Of a DNA stretch of 35,633 nt, positions 22,874 through 34,367 are shown piece by piece. The translations under genes and the position numbers were made by a program. Within the stretch, counting starts at the first letter, position 1. Every line of letters starts with the position of its first letter. Source of the stretch: Parvularia atlantis (taxonomy: Eukaryota); assembly GCA_943704415.1 (NCBI GenBank), contig CALSCO010000759.1:1-35633 (forward strand), written 5' to 3'. The notes below the pieces were generated by a model that did not search any database, was not told the DNA's origin, and worked only from the letters and a program-made list of their open reading frames with translations.

Positions 22874-24278
22874 ATGCAGCGCGCACGCTCGCGCGTGGCC
22901 GCCGCCGTCACGACCTGCGTCGCCCTGCTGCTCGTGCTCGCCGCGGCGCGGGCGACGGTCGAGCGCATGCACAGCACGGGCCACGCCGCCCGGCCCGCCG
23001 TCGACAGCGCGCCCGCGCGAGAGGCCGCCGACGAGCGCGACGGGCCGGGAAGAGGGGCGCGGGTGGTGGAGGAGTGCGGTGTCGTGACATGTGCGGTCGC
23101 GCAGGGTTGGTCTGAAACGCAGTCGTGACACGGACGACGCAGCACGCTTCCGCGACGAACTCGGCGCCGCGGCCGACGCATCCGACGCCGACGCCGACGA
23201 CGCGCTCACGCGGAGGCTCAGCACCGAGCTGCGCGGCCAGGTTGTGGCGCTGGCGTCGTACCCGCGCTCGGGCAACTCGCTGGCGCGGCTGCTGCTCGAG
23301 AAGCTCACGGGCGTCGTGACGGGCTCGATCTACAACGTGCGGGGCGCCATCGTGTGCCTGCTGCGCCGCTGCCACTCACACGGCGGGCGGGCATGCGCAC
23401 GCAGGACGAGCGACTGCGCCGGCAGGGCTGGCAGGGCGAGGGTGTGTTCGCGGCCGAGCGCGTCATGGTCGTCAAGACGCACGACCCGATGTTTGCGCGG
23501 CACTCGCAGCCGGACTTTGTCTTCCAACGCGTCGTCTACCTCGTGCGCAACCCGATCGACGCCATCTGGTCGCACTTCAACCTGGCGCTCGCGGGTGACC
23601 ACGACCGCTCGATCAACGCGACCGGGTGGGTGGCGCCGCCGTGCGCGTGCTTGCGCGCAGCCCGCGTGCCTGACCCGCACTGCCGCGCCGCAGCGCTGAG
23701 GAGGACGTGGCCTCACGCTGGCGACGCTTCGCGAGCAAGCAGCCCAAGCTGTGGCGCGAGCACGTGCAGCACTGGCGCAGCGTGAGCGAGCGCGTGCCAA
23801 TGATCACCGTGCGGTGCGCACCGCTGCCTCTGACACGGCCGGACTGCTGCCAGTGGCTGACACGGAGGCGTGGCGGCAGGTACGAGGACCTGACGAGCGA
23901 CGGCGAGGGCGAACTGCAGCGCATGTCGCAGTTCCTCTTCCCGCACGTGCAGGGCGATGCGACGCTGCTGCGGCGCCTGCGCTGCGCCGTGCAGACGTCG
24001 ATCAACGCGGGCGAGCATCAGGGTGCGTTGCCCACACGGCGCGCCGTTGACCACGATGCGATCCAACGCGCCCGGTCGCAGTCGGCGGGTACCGCCCTCG
24101 CAGCGCGTCCACCGGCGCGGCGGGTGACCTGCGCAGCCAGCTGCTGTCGTACGAGGCCGAGCGCCACATCCTGCGGCAGACGTTTGTTGAGCTGTGCGCG
24201 CTCGGCTACGGCCCGTGGCTCACGCAGCGCTACCGCCTCGCGTGCCCCGAGAGCGACGAGCCGGCGCGGCGAGCATAG
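22874..24278 (+). CDS. Type II membrane sulfotransferase (WSCD/Sulfotransfer-like), 5 introns
   Basis: TM helix (VAAAVTTCVALLLVLAAA), 5'-PSB loop ALASYPRSGNSLARLLLE, VVKTH, 3'-PB YLVRNPIDAIWS and VR|YEDL. Stop TAG 24276-24278. Confidence 0.85.
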
Positions 24279-24475
24279 AACATACACGGCCCATGTAATC
24301 ACCCTGCACCCACACCACACCACACCACGCCACACCTGCACTAGCACGCTGCAAACTGAAGGAGAACGCGGCGCGCCAAGGCATTATCAGGATGGGAATT
24401 GCGAACGCAGAAGGACAAGGTTCCCAGCGTGGCGCGGTGTCATCGACGCCGCGCACTCATCCGCGCCAGCCGACG

Positions 24476-26237
24476 ATGCTCAAGGGCTCGCTCAAGCACC
24501 TGATGGAGAACCTCGAGGCGTTCGCGAGCCTGCCGGCGTCGCCCGTGTCGATCCGGCAGCTCATCTCGCACGGTAGCTGGCGCGGCCGCGGCGTTGCGCG
24601 CACAGCAGGCGCTGATCGATGGGCTCGCAGGGTCGCAGCCATCGCGCCGCGCGCTGCTCTTCTCGGCGCAGTTCCTGCACAACGAGCTCCCCATCCGCAT
24701 CGCGCACAGCATCCGCCAGCTCGAGGTGCTCCCGCACGGCCTGAGCGACACGGACGACATCCGCCAGCTGCGCAGCGACTACCTGCGCTCGTTCGAGGAT
24801 CTGCTCAGCTTCCCGCGCATGACCCTCCCGCCCGTGCCCGGCGTCCTCCCGCACGGCTTCGACTACGCCCTCGGCACGGTCGAGACCGCGCGCATGTTCC
24901 GCAAGACGGACCTGCGCGCGATCAAGGGCACGCTCGAGAGGCTGCTGGACGAGCCGGCGCTCGGGCGCGTCTTCGACAGCCAGCGCGACAGCTTCCTGGA
25001 CCTGCTGCAGCAGATCCGCGACCGGCACCAAGACGGTGCGTGAGTGCCTGCGTGCGCGTGTGCTCGGTAGCCCGCTTACCCGTACGCGCCCGCAGACACG
25101 ATTGCGATGGGGCGCGCGCTGCACGAGCTGCGTCTGCGCCTCGGGCCCAAGTCGCTCACCAGCCTGCCGCTGAACGACTTCCTGAACCCGTTCCACCGCA
25201 ACCGTATCGGCTTCCGCCTGCTGCTCGGGCACCACATCGGTGTGCGCCCCCCATGCGGAGTGCGCGACGGACGGCTGACTTTATGGCCGCGGCGGTTCAG
25301 CACTCAGCGCGGGCTCGCAGGAGGGCCACATCGGCATCGTCAGCCCGACGTGCGTGTGCCCGCAGCGCGTGACGACTCTGATCGCTCGGCCGCGCAGCTG
25401 CAACGTGCGCCAGATCGTCGAGGCCGCGGGCAACTCGGCCGCGTTCCTGTGCATGCAGCACTACCCGTCCGCCGTCCCACCCGAGGTGCTCTTCCACGAG
25501 TGCGTGGTGGTACCCGCGCCGGTTGAGAGCGACGCGCCGGCCTGGGCCGGGACCGGTGGCGGCGAGGCAGCGCCCCGACCTGCACAACCTGCATCGCTCA
25601 CGTTCCCGTTCATCCCGTCGATCCTGTACTACATCAGCTTCGAGTTGCTCAAGAACTCGCTGCGGGCGTCGGTCGAGCTGGCGCTGCGACGCGGGGCGCC
25701 GACGAGCCCGCCGCCCGTGAGCGTGGTCATTGCGTCGCAGGGCGAGGTGCGCTGCCGCGCGCGTTCACCGTCACCGTGCCGCGGGCCCGAACGATCGTGT
25801 GTGGCGCGCGCAGGACATGGCCATCAAGTTCTCCGACCAGGGCGGGGGCATCCCGCGGTCGGCGCTCGACCACGTCTGGTCATACACATACACGACCGCG
25901 CCGCCACTGTCGGTCATCGGTGCGCCGCGCGCCTCAGTGCCGCCGCTGCGTGTAACCGTGCGGCCGCGCCCGCAGACAGCAACCGCCCGGGCGGCGCGCG
26001 CATCACGCCAATGGCCGGCTTCGGCTACGGGCTGCCGGTCTCGCGGCTGTACGCACGCTACTTTGGCGGCGACCTGCGGCTGATGAGCATCTACGGCTAC
26101 GGCACCGGTGCCGTGCACGCACGCACCACCAGCGCCGCCTCCCTGTGCGTCTGACGCGCGCATCCGCGCCACGCACAGACGCGTACCTGTACCTCAACCG
26201 CATCGGCGACGTGGTGGAAGCGCTGCCGCCCAGATGA
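24476..26237 (+). CDS. Pyruvate dehydrogenase kinase / branched-chain ketoacid dehydrogenase kinase family protein, 7 introns
   Basis: SPVSIRQL, SAQFLHNELPIRIAH, NRIGFRLLLGHH, FELLKNSLRA (N box), SDQGGGIP (G1), MAGFGYGLPVSRLYARYFGGDL (G2) and GYGT|DAYLYL. Stop TGA 26235-26237. An upstream in-frame ATG at 24392 is possible. Confidence 0.93.
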
Positions 26238-26355
26238 CGCTCACAGATGACGCTTGTGCAGTGATTGCTAATTGCGATGTGTCCATAGCCGCCACAGCCG
26301 CTGCCGCCATGGCGCGTCTCACACGCTCCGCACTGCGCAGGTCGCAGGCGGCGCG

Positions 26356-27054
26356 ATGGCGGGCGCGCGCGACCCGAACGCGGTCACGTTCACGTGCCTC
26401 AACGGCATGTACGCGCCGCGCAAGCTGCGCGTGAGCGATTTCCCTGCGGTGATCGGCCGCCAGACGGTGCGCGCTCCGTGTTTTTTGTGGTTGGATCCGT
26501 GGGCTGAGCGCACGCCGCGCCCCAGGGCGAGACGGAGGACGTGCACAGCCTGCTGTTTGCCAGCAAGATCGTCTCGCGGCAGCACGCGCGCGTCTCGTGC
26601 CGTGACAACAAGGTGCCGCGCTGCTGCCCCGCGCCGCCGTGCCCGCCGCGTGAACCGACCGCCCCATGACCCAGTACTTCATCCAGGACACGCGCAGCGC
26701 CGGCGGCACCTTCGTCAACCACCGGCGTCTGTCCGCGCCCAAGGAGGAGTCGCCGTGGACCGAGCTCAGCGACGGCGACGTGATCGCGCTCGGCACCGAC
26801 TACGAGCTCGACGACGGTGGGCGGCGACGCGGCCGCCCCGCCTCGCTCACCGCCTCGCGCCCGCGCAGTCGTCGTCAAGGCCGTGCGCTTCTTCGTGCAG
26901 ATGCCGCAGAGCCACCGCGCCAGCCGCATCCTGACTGACGACGAGGTGTCGGGCACGGACACGACCGTGATCCTCAAGGTCGAGAAGGTGCGCGCGCCTC
27001 GCGAGGTCGCACCGCTGCTCATCGGCCGCTGCACGTCAAGACGCTCTACTTCAT

Positions 27055-27101
<47 letters not shown>

Positions 27102-30100
27102 GCAGCGGGCAGACGTCGCCGGCCGTGTCGCCGTCGCCTGGGCGCTCACCCTCGCTGCCGTCCGACGTCGAGGCCGGCATGAGCGGCCTGAACCTGGCGC
27201 AGCGCGAGCTGTCGGTGCGTGCCCGTGCGTGTGCGCGTGCGCATGGCTGCACTCGCTGACGCCGCCGCAGACAAACATCGTCGTGTTCACGCGCGAGGGT
27301 GACAGCAAGCTTGTGCCGTGCACGACCCGCACGACGGCCGCGCAGGTGCTCCAGTTTCTAAACCTGCCCGCGTCGTTCAAGCTGTACGTGATTCGCAACC
27401 GGCTGTACGGTGCGTGCGTGCGTGTGCACCACGCAGTGACCGAGCGGTCGAAGCTCACGTGCGGCGCAGAGCGCGAGCTGCGCGCGACCGAGTGCCCGGC
27501 CGCCCTCTTGATGCAGCTGCTGGAGCAGAGCGGCTTCTCGCTCGAGCTGGGCCTGCTCTCGGAGGCGACGCACAAGGACAACAGCTACCTGGTGCAGTTC
27601 ATCTGCAGCGACGAGGGCGAGCACACGCAGGTCGTCAAGGCACGCCGTGCTTGAGTGCTGCTCGCGCGTGCATCCTCGTCTGAGCGCGCTTTGCGCGCGC
27701 AGAACCAGTCACTTGAGATCTCGTCCGTCGTTGACCTGTCCTGGCGCAACCTGACGACGATTGAGCCGCTGCTGCAGCGCCTCTCGCAGCAGGCCGTCAG
27801 CCGCATCGACCTGTCCGGCAACGCGTCCCTGCGCAGCGCCATGCCGCCCTCGCTGCCCCCGACCATCTGCGGCAGCCTGTCGGAGCTGATCCTCACCGAC
27901 CTCGCCATGACCACCGTGCCCGAGGTCGTCTCGCAGCTGTTTGCGCTCAAGCTGCTAGACCTGTCGCGCAACGCCCTTGTGGCTATTCCGCCGGCGATCT
28001 TCACCAACCTGGCCGAGCTGCACAAGACCGTGCATGCGAGCGTGCCGGACGCGGTCGTCGGCCTGCGCACTCTGCGCATCGGCGGCAATCGCCTCGTCAA
28101 CATCCCGAGCTCGATCAGCAAGCTCACGCCTGCGCTCGAGACGCTCTGCATCGACAACAACGACCTCGCGATCCTGCCCGACGTCATCGGCGACCTCACG
28201 CGCCTGGTCTGGCTGGACGTGTCGCACAACAGCATCGTGAGCGTGCCCAATGCCGTCTTTGCCCTGCCCGAGCTCCAGACCTTCCTCTGCGCCGGCAACC
28301 AGCTCCAGGCGCTCCCGCCGGCATTCTACCAGAGCAGTGCGCCGCACGATCCACGTTGCGTCTCGTGCTGCCAGCTGACACGCGGCCGCGCAGGGTCCTT
28401 GGCCTTTGTGGACGCACGCCGCAACCGGCTCAAGGCGTTTGGCGACTGCTCACGTGCGCTCGGCCCGTTGTTTGTGCGCGTGGGCACGTACTCACTCGCC
28501 GACGCGCCAGGCATGCCTGGCCTGACGACGCTGCTGCTCAACGATAACAAGACGCTCGAGACGCTCGACTTGTCCAGCGCGAGCATCGCCTCGGCATCGG
28601 CAAGCGACTGTCGCGTGACCGACGTGTCGTTCGCGGGCACGCCCGCGACCGCGGCGCCGGCAACCCCGCGAGGCACACCCCTGCCGCCGCCACTCGTCTC
28701 GCCGTTGCCGCCCGTGACGCCGACAGGCGATGCCGCGCGGGGGTGCGTGCTGCCCCGCTCAACACTGCCGTGTGTTGACGTCCCGCGTGCACAGGGTCGC
28801 CGCGGCACTGCCACCACCGCTGGTGCCTCGTGGCGGCGGTGCCAACATGACGACGCTCGACCTGACCGGCTGCGGGCTCGCGGCGCTACCGGCCCAGCTG
28901 CCCGCCAAGCTGCAGCACCTGCTGCTCGCGCGCAACCAGCTCACGCGTACGATGGAGTAGTGGGCGCGCAGCGGATCGCGCAGCTAATCGCTCACACGCG
29001 CGCGCAGTGCTCCCTGCATCCATCGGCACCTGCACCAACCTAGAATCGCTCAGCGTCAGCCACAACAGGCTGCAAACGCTCCCTGCACTCTCCTGTGCGT
29101 ACACGGCGGCTACGGCGCACCGCTGGCGGCTCACTAAGGCGCGCACCAGCCCTCACCGCCCTCACTCTGCTCGACTGCAGCGACAACGAGCTGCGTGCCA
29201 TGCCGGCCGACGTGTGGGCGCTGCCGCTGTCGACGCTGCGCGCGGCGTCCAACCGCCTCGAGGTGCGCGCGTTCGCTGTGATGCAGCCACACCCCGCTGA
29301 CTTGCCCCACGCGCGGCAGACGTTCGCTGTGCCGGCGCCGTTCAACCCGCGCGCGTCGCCGCTCGTCGCGTCGCTGCAGGTGCCGCCAGCCTGCCGCGCG
29401 TTCGCATCCACTGACTCATTGCGCAGATCCTCAGCCTTGGGCGCAACCGCCTCGCGGCCGACCGCAACCTGTTTGGCCTGATCCTCCTGCTGACGGGCCT
29501 GCGCCTGCTTGACCTCAGCTATAACGACATCGCCGAGCTGCCGCCCAACCTCGGCCTGCTGTACCGGTGCGCGCTGCCACGCCGTGTGGCGGTGTCTGAC
29601 GCGTGCTGCAGGCTGAACGAGCTTTACCTCTCTGGCAACCGCCTGCGCGCGCTGCCGGACGACGTCGAGAAGCTGCGCAGCCTCGTCGTGCTCACGCTGG
29701 CGGGTGCGCACGCGGTGGGTACATGTGCCGCAGCGTTTATCGTGCGGCACGCAGGCAACGAGATGACGACCCTGCCGGGCGGCATGTCAAAGCTCAAGCA
29801 GCTGCGCTTCCTCGACGCGTCATTCAATCAGCTCTCGTACGACCCGGGCCAGTGGCCGCAGTGCTGGAACTGGTGCACGTCCGCGCGCGGCGCGCTTGGT
29901 GTGCTTAGCGCACGCGCGTCGCAGGGTCTGGAACAAGGACCTGGCCCACCTGGACCTGTCGGGCAACGAGAACTTGGTCGTGGCCTCGGCGCAACGCGAG
30001 CTCGTCGACTTTGCGCAGCTGCCGCGCCTGCGCATCCTCGACGTGCGCGATGTCAAGGTGGGGGCGCACGGGCGGTGCCGCGATCTGGGTACTCACGGAC

Positions 30101-33100
30101 ACCGTGTTGTGCAGCTGCAAGTGCCCATCCCGGCCGACCTCAAGCGCGACGGGCGCTTCCGCCGCACGCACCAGGTCGTCGGCCAGCTGCCGCACGGCCT
30201 GTCGGAGGCGCTTGGCGGCGACACGGAGCTGCACCTGTGGAGCCACGCGATCGCCAAGATCCCCAAGTGCGCGCACAGTGTGCGTTCGCTGCGTCTGTTG
30301 ACAGGGAGCCAGGGACACGGACGGGCACATGTTTGGCCTGATCGAGGGCAGCGAGCCGGCGCTGGCCCGCTTCATCCACGAGAAATTCCCGACTATCTTC
30401 GCGATCGAGCACAAGGCCGCCAAGTCGGACGGCACGGTGGCGCCGACGCACCAGCAGATCGTCTCGCGCGCGTTCACGCGGTGCGCCGCAGCGCACGCAG
30501 CGCACACAGACTCACGCAGGCGCACGCACAGCACGTTCCTCCTGCTCAACGCCGAGGTCGCGCTCGTCGGCGCGCCGCTGTCGACCGCGGCGTGCTCGGT
30601 CGCGTTGTGCTACGTGCATGGCCGCACCGTCAGCGTGGCCAGCGTCGGCTCCACTCAGGCATGTGACGGCACGGCACGGCGCGCGTCTGTTAGGCCCGCG
30701 CTCAGACGATGGGAACAACACAGGCGCTGCTGATCAAGGGGCGTGGCAAGGCGCAGCTGCTGAGCCGGAGGTTCCTGTGCTCGGACGCGGACGAGGCCAC
30801 GCGCATCCGCGGTCTCGGCGGTGCGCATGCCTCGAAACGATGCTGGGGGCTATACTGACACAGGTTGCAGGATGCCTCGAGCGCGACGGCTCGCTCGCGC
30901 GCCCGAAAGGCATCGACCCGCACTTTTCGTTGGCGACGTCTGCACGGTCTGCGCCGGCCACAAGCTCACCCGACGGGGGCGCGGCGTCACCCGAGGAAGA
31001 CAGCGTGCTTAACAGCCAGGCACGCACACTGGTCAGCGCGAGTGCGGTCTGTCGCTGAGCCGCTCGACGCAGGACATGACCCGCGCGGTCGTGCACTCGC
31101 GCGTCATCGGCTCGACGCACATGCTGCCGCTCGTCAACGCCGTGCCGCACGTCAAGCACGCAGAGGTGCGTCGTCGGCTTGCGTGTGCGCGCGACGCCGA
31201 CGTGCGCCACAGTTTGCCGACGACGACGAGTACGTCGTGATCGCCAGTAGCGCGTTCTGGGCCGTCATGACCGACGACGACGTCGGCCGGAGCCTTGCTG
31301 GCATGATCGACCTCGACTGTAACCAGCGCTCGCTGCGGGTGCACACGGGCGTGCACACCGTCGCTGCTGCCTTGTGACGCGCGCATGTGGGTTGCAGCTG
31401 CGCGACCAGGCGTTTGCCTACGGTGCGCGCGGCCCGCTGGCCGTGCAGGTGATCGACCTGCGCTACGCCGTGTTTGGCAACGAGCCGTACCGCGACAAGC
31501 GCATCCCGTCGTCGGGCTCGGGCAGCTCGACGCCGGGCATCGCGCGGATGCAGTCGCCCGACGCGAAGGCGAGTGGCTTGCCGGCGCGGCTGTTGCAGCA
31601 CACGGTCTCACGCGCGCTACGATCGGCAGGAGGTCAAGCCGCCGACCGAGGTCGTCGTGCTCGTCTTCACCGACATCAAGTCGTCGACGGCGCTGTGGGA
31701 GCGCAGCCCGCAGGCGATGCGGGACGCGATCGCGCTGCACAACAGTCTCATGCGCGAGTACGCGCTGCAGGTCAACGGCTACGAGGCGCGTTCCCGCGTG
31801 GGCAGCTTGCTTGCGGCCCGCTGAACGGCGCCCGCTCAGGTCAAAACCGAGGGCGACGCGTTCATGATCGCGTTTTGGACCGTGCGGGACGCGGTCGACT
31901 GGTGCATCACAATCCAGCGCCGCCTGCTCGACGCGGCCTGGCCCGCGTCGCTGCTCAAGGAGGCGCCCGCGGCCGAGAAGCGCGGGGACAAGGGCGAGCT
32001 GCTGTTCCGGTGCGCTTTCAGCACTACACACGCGCTATGCCCGTCCTGAGCCGACGCCGTCCGGGCGCAGCGGCCTGACCGTGCGCATGGGCATCCACAT
32101 GGGCTTCCCCGTGTGCGAGATGGACCCGACGACGGGGCGGATGGACTACTTTGGCCCGGTCGTCAACCGCGCGGCGCGCATCTGCTCGGCGGCAGACGGC
32201 GGGGAGATCTACGTCTCTGCAGACTCGTGGGTGCGTGTGCGCGCGGCCGCGCCCGACCGCTCCGCTCAGCGCGCCTGCGTAGAACGAGGTCGTGTTGAGC
32301 GACAAGGAGCGGACAGAGCTGCGCAAGCGCGGCGTCGAGATCGCTGCGCTCGACCTGGGCGAGTTTAACCTGCGCGGGCTCGAGACGCCTGAGCACCTAT
32401 TCCTAGTGCGCGCGTGCGGCTGTTTGGGCCGAGACCGCTGACGCGTCGGCGGCAGCTCTTCCCGAAGCAGCTCGAGGGGCGCAAGACGATCACGCGGAGC
32501 CAGCAGGCGCAGCAGCAGCAGATTGCGCGGCACATCAAGTGCGTGGGGGGCCGTGCAAACGCGCGAGCGTGGCTGACACGCCACCGGCAGGAACATGGAC
32601 GTGCCGTCCTCCGAGACCGTGCTCGACAGCTGGCGCTGCGTGCGCTGGATCCGCGAGCCCGTGAGCGTGCAGGTGCCGGTGCAGCCCGCGGCTGTGGACG
32701 ACTCGCGGTGCGCTGCTCTTGTTGCTGCCCCAAAGGGCTGACACGCCCGCGGGCCGAGCAGCAAGGGGCGCCTGCTGCTGACGCCGTTCTTCGTCTGCTT
32801 CGAGCCCAAGTTCCGCAACTTCCTCCTGCGCAACAAGAACCGAGACTCGCTCGCACTCGCGCTCAAGGACGTGAAGGACGTGCGGATCGTGCGTGTCGCG
32901 GACGCCAGCGCCACCGCAGTGCAGTGACGTACGGCACGCATCGCACGGCGCGCGCACAGGTCAGCGTGCCGTCGATGGGCCAGGGCCTCGAGATCACGTC
33001 GACATCGAACGAGTCGCTCGTATTCATGAAGCTCGAGGCGCGTTCCGCTCGCCCGCACACCGCGCACGCACAGGCTGACGCGCCGCTTGCGCAGCCTGCG

Positions 33101-33205
33101 GACGTACACGAGCTGCAGCAGCGCATCGTCACGCAGCGCGCGTACGCGCTCTCAATCGCCGCCAAGTCCGCGGCTTCGCGCCCGACGCCTCCGCTTGCCA
33201 CTTGA
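26356..33205 (+). CDS. CYR1: Cyr1-type class III adenylate cyclase with FHA-polyQ-RA-LRR-degenerate PP2C-cyclase-GRAM architecture, about 34 introns
   Basis: FHA (IGR...SKIVSRQHA...[12 protein letters not shown]), RA-like domain (27271-27640), a long LRR array ending [30 protein letters not shown] (the Cyr1 signature region), a PP2C-like fold, and cyclase motifs [27 protein letters not shown] and [19 protein letters not shown]-like C-terminus follows. The spliced frame is continuous to TGA 33203-33205. Confidence 0.9.
27056..27100 (+). repeat. (CAG)15 polyglutamine tract in the adenylate cyclase, between FHA and RA
   Basis: 15 perfect cag codons in frame ([20 protein letters not shown]). Confidence 0.92.
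31786..31839 (+). other. GC-AG spliceosomal intron (best-supported example of 11)
   Basis: Removing gcgcgt...cgctcag rejoins the conserved cyclase motif [11 protein letters not shown]. The unspliced frame hits a stop (TGA 31822-31824), and no GT donor restores the motif. Confidence 0.9.
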
Positions 33206-33250
33206 ACGACACTCGTTTTGTATATGCTTGATTTGCACTTGACACGTCAC

Positions 33251-34367
33251 ATGCCGCCGCTGCCGCCCGCGCGCGACCTCGCCGCCGCGCGCCGCGCGCT
33301 CGAGGACCGGCTCGAGCCGGCCAAGCAGCTGGTGATGGCCGTGTACATCAACTGCCTGCTGGCGTACCACGCCGCGTACGCCGCCGCGTTCGTGTGCGCG
33401 TACATGACAGCGCTCTGGTGCGTTCCTCGGGGCCGTGTGTGCGCGTGCGCCCCCCTTTGCTGAGCAGCGGGCGGGCGGGCGGGCAGGTACGTGACGAGCA
33501 CGACCAAGACGCTCTTCGAGCTCGTGACCATGGGCATGCTCGCGATGGTGCTCGTGCAGGTCGGCGTGCAGACGATGGGCTGGCGCCTCGCACTGCCGGC
33601 CGACTTCTTTGTCGTGCCCGCGGCCAGCCAGCACGAGTGCGCCGCGCCGGTTGCACCTCGTCCTGCTCGGGCGTCTCACACGGCGTCACCACACGCAGGA
33701 CCGCCACGCACAAGCGCGCACTGCAGTTCCACGAGCTGTGCGGCTTGGCCGTGCGGCTGCGCTTCGCCGTCGATGACTTCGTGGCCGTCGTCATGCGCGT
33801 GCAGCGCACCCGGCCGTGGCTGGTGCGCGCGGAAGCCTGCGCACGGATCGCGCTGGCCACTGACGCGCGCACGCGGCGCAGGTCACTGGCGTGCTCGGCG
33901 TGCTGCTGCTCGGCTCGCTGTGGCTGTCGACGCGCGTGCCCGACTCGGAGCTGTTCTTCTGGCTCGGTGCGCGCGTCCTGCGCGGGCTGCTCGCTCGGTG
34001 CTGATTTGGCGCGCGCGCACAAGGCATCGCTCTCGCTGTCACGCCCGCGGTGCAGCACTACTGTGCCGTCGAGCGCATCGACGCGCAGCTGCTGGCGCTG
34101 CTCGGCAGCCCGTACCGCGACCGCCTCCACCAGCTGCACCAGCACGTCGTCGCGCCGCTTCGCACCGCCGGGCAGCAGTTTGTGCGCTCTCTGCTAGACG
34201 AGGCGCCCGCTGCACGGTCGCGGTCTCCTTCTCCGCCGCCACCGCCAGCCAGTGCGTGCGCTTGTGGCGCCCGTGACCGATTAGCTGATGCTCCGCAGCC
34301 GCAGCCGCAGCCGCAAGCGCAGCCTCAGCCGCACCGACGCTCGCCGCTGCCGTCGCGTCCGAGCTGA
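33251..34367 (+). CDS. ARL6IP1: ARL6IP1-like reticulon-homology ER membrane-shaping protein, 5 introns
   Basis: LAAARRALEDRLEPAKQLVMAV parallels ARL6IP1 LAAETASLEEQLQGWGEVMLMA. Two long hydrophobic hairpins are separated by QFHELC (human RFHEIC). Stop TGA 34365-34367. Confidence 0.65.

Noticed and set aside
17015..26237. Functional gene cluster (for example Tem1-like + MAU2 + POLD1 as a cell-cycle cluster)
   Set aside because: The neighbouring genes cover unrelated functions (histidine synthesis, sulfation, PDH regulation). Adjacency is expected in such a compact genome, and only the POLD1/SIVA1 pair has supporting cis-elements.
26309..26341. Possible upstream ATG-only exon followed by a 29-nt GC-AG intron for the cyclase
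   Set aside because: It is far shorter than the other introns here and the donor lacks the preceding exonic AG seen at all other GC donors. It is unsupported without transcript data.
3902..33094. Introner-like transposable introns as the source of the many short introns and GC donors
   Set aside because: By eye, intron bodies share no sequence beyond splice consensus and show no terminal inverted repeats. The short flanking matches (cag|gc at both ends) are expected from splice-site consensus. An all-versus-all intron alignment would be the definitive test.
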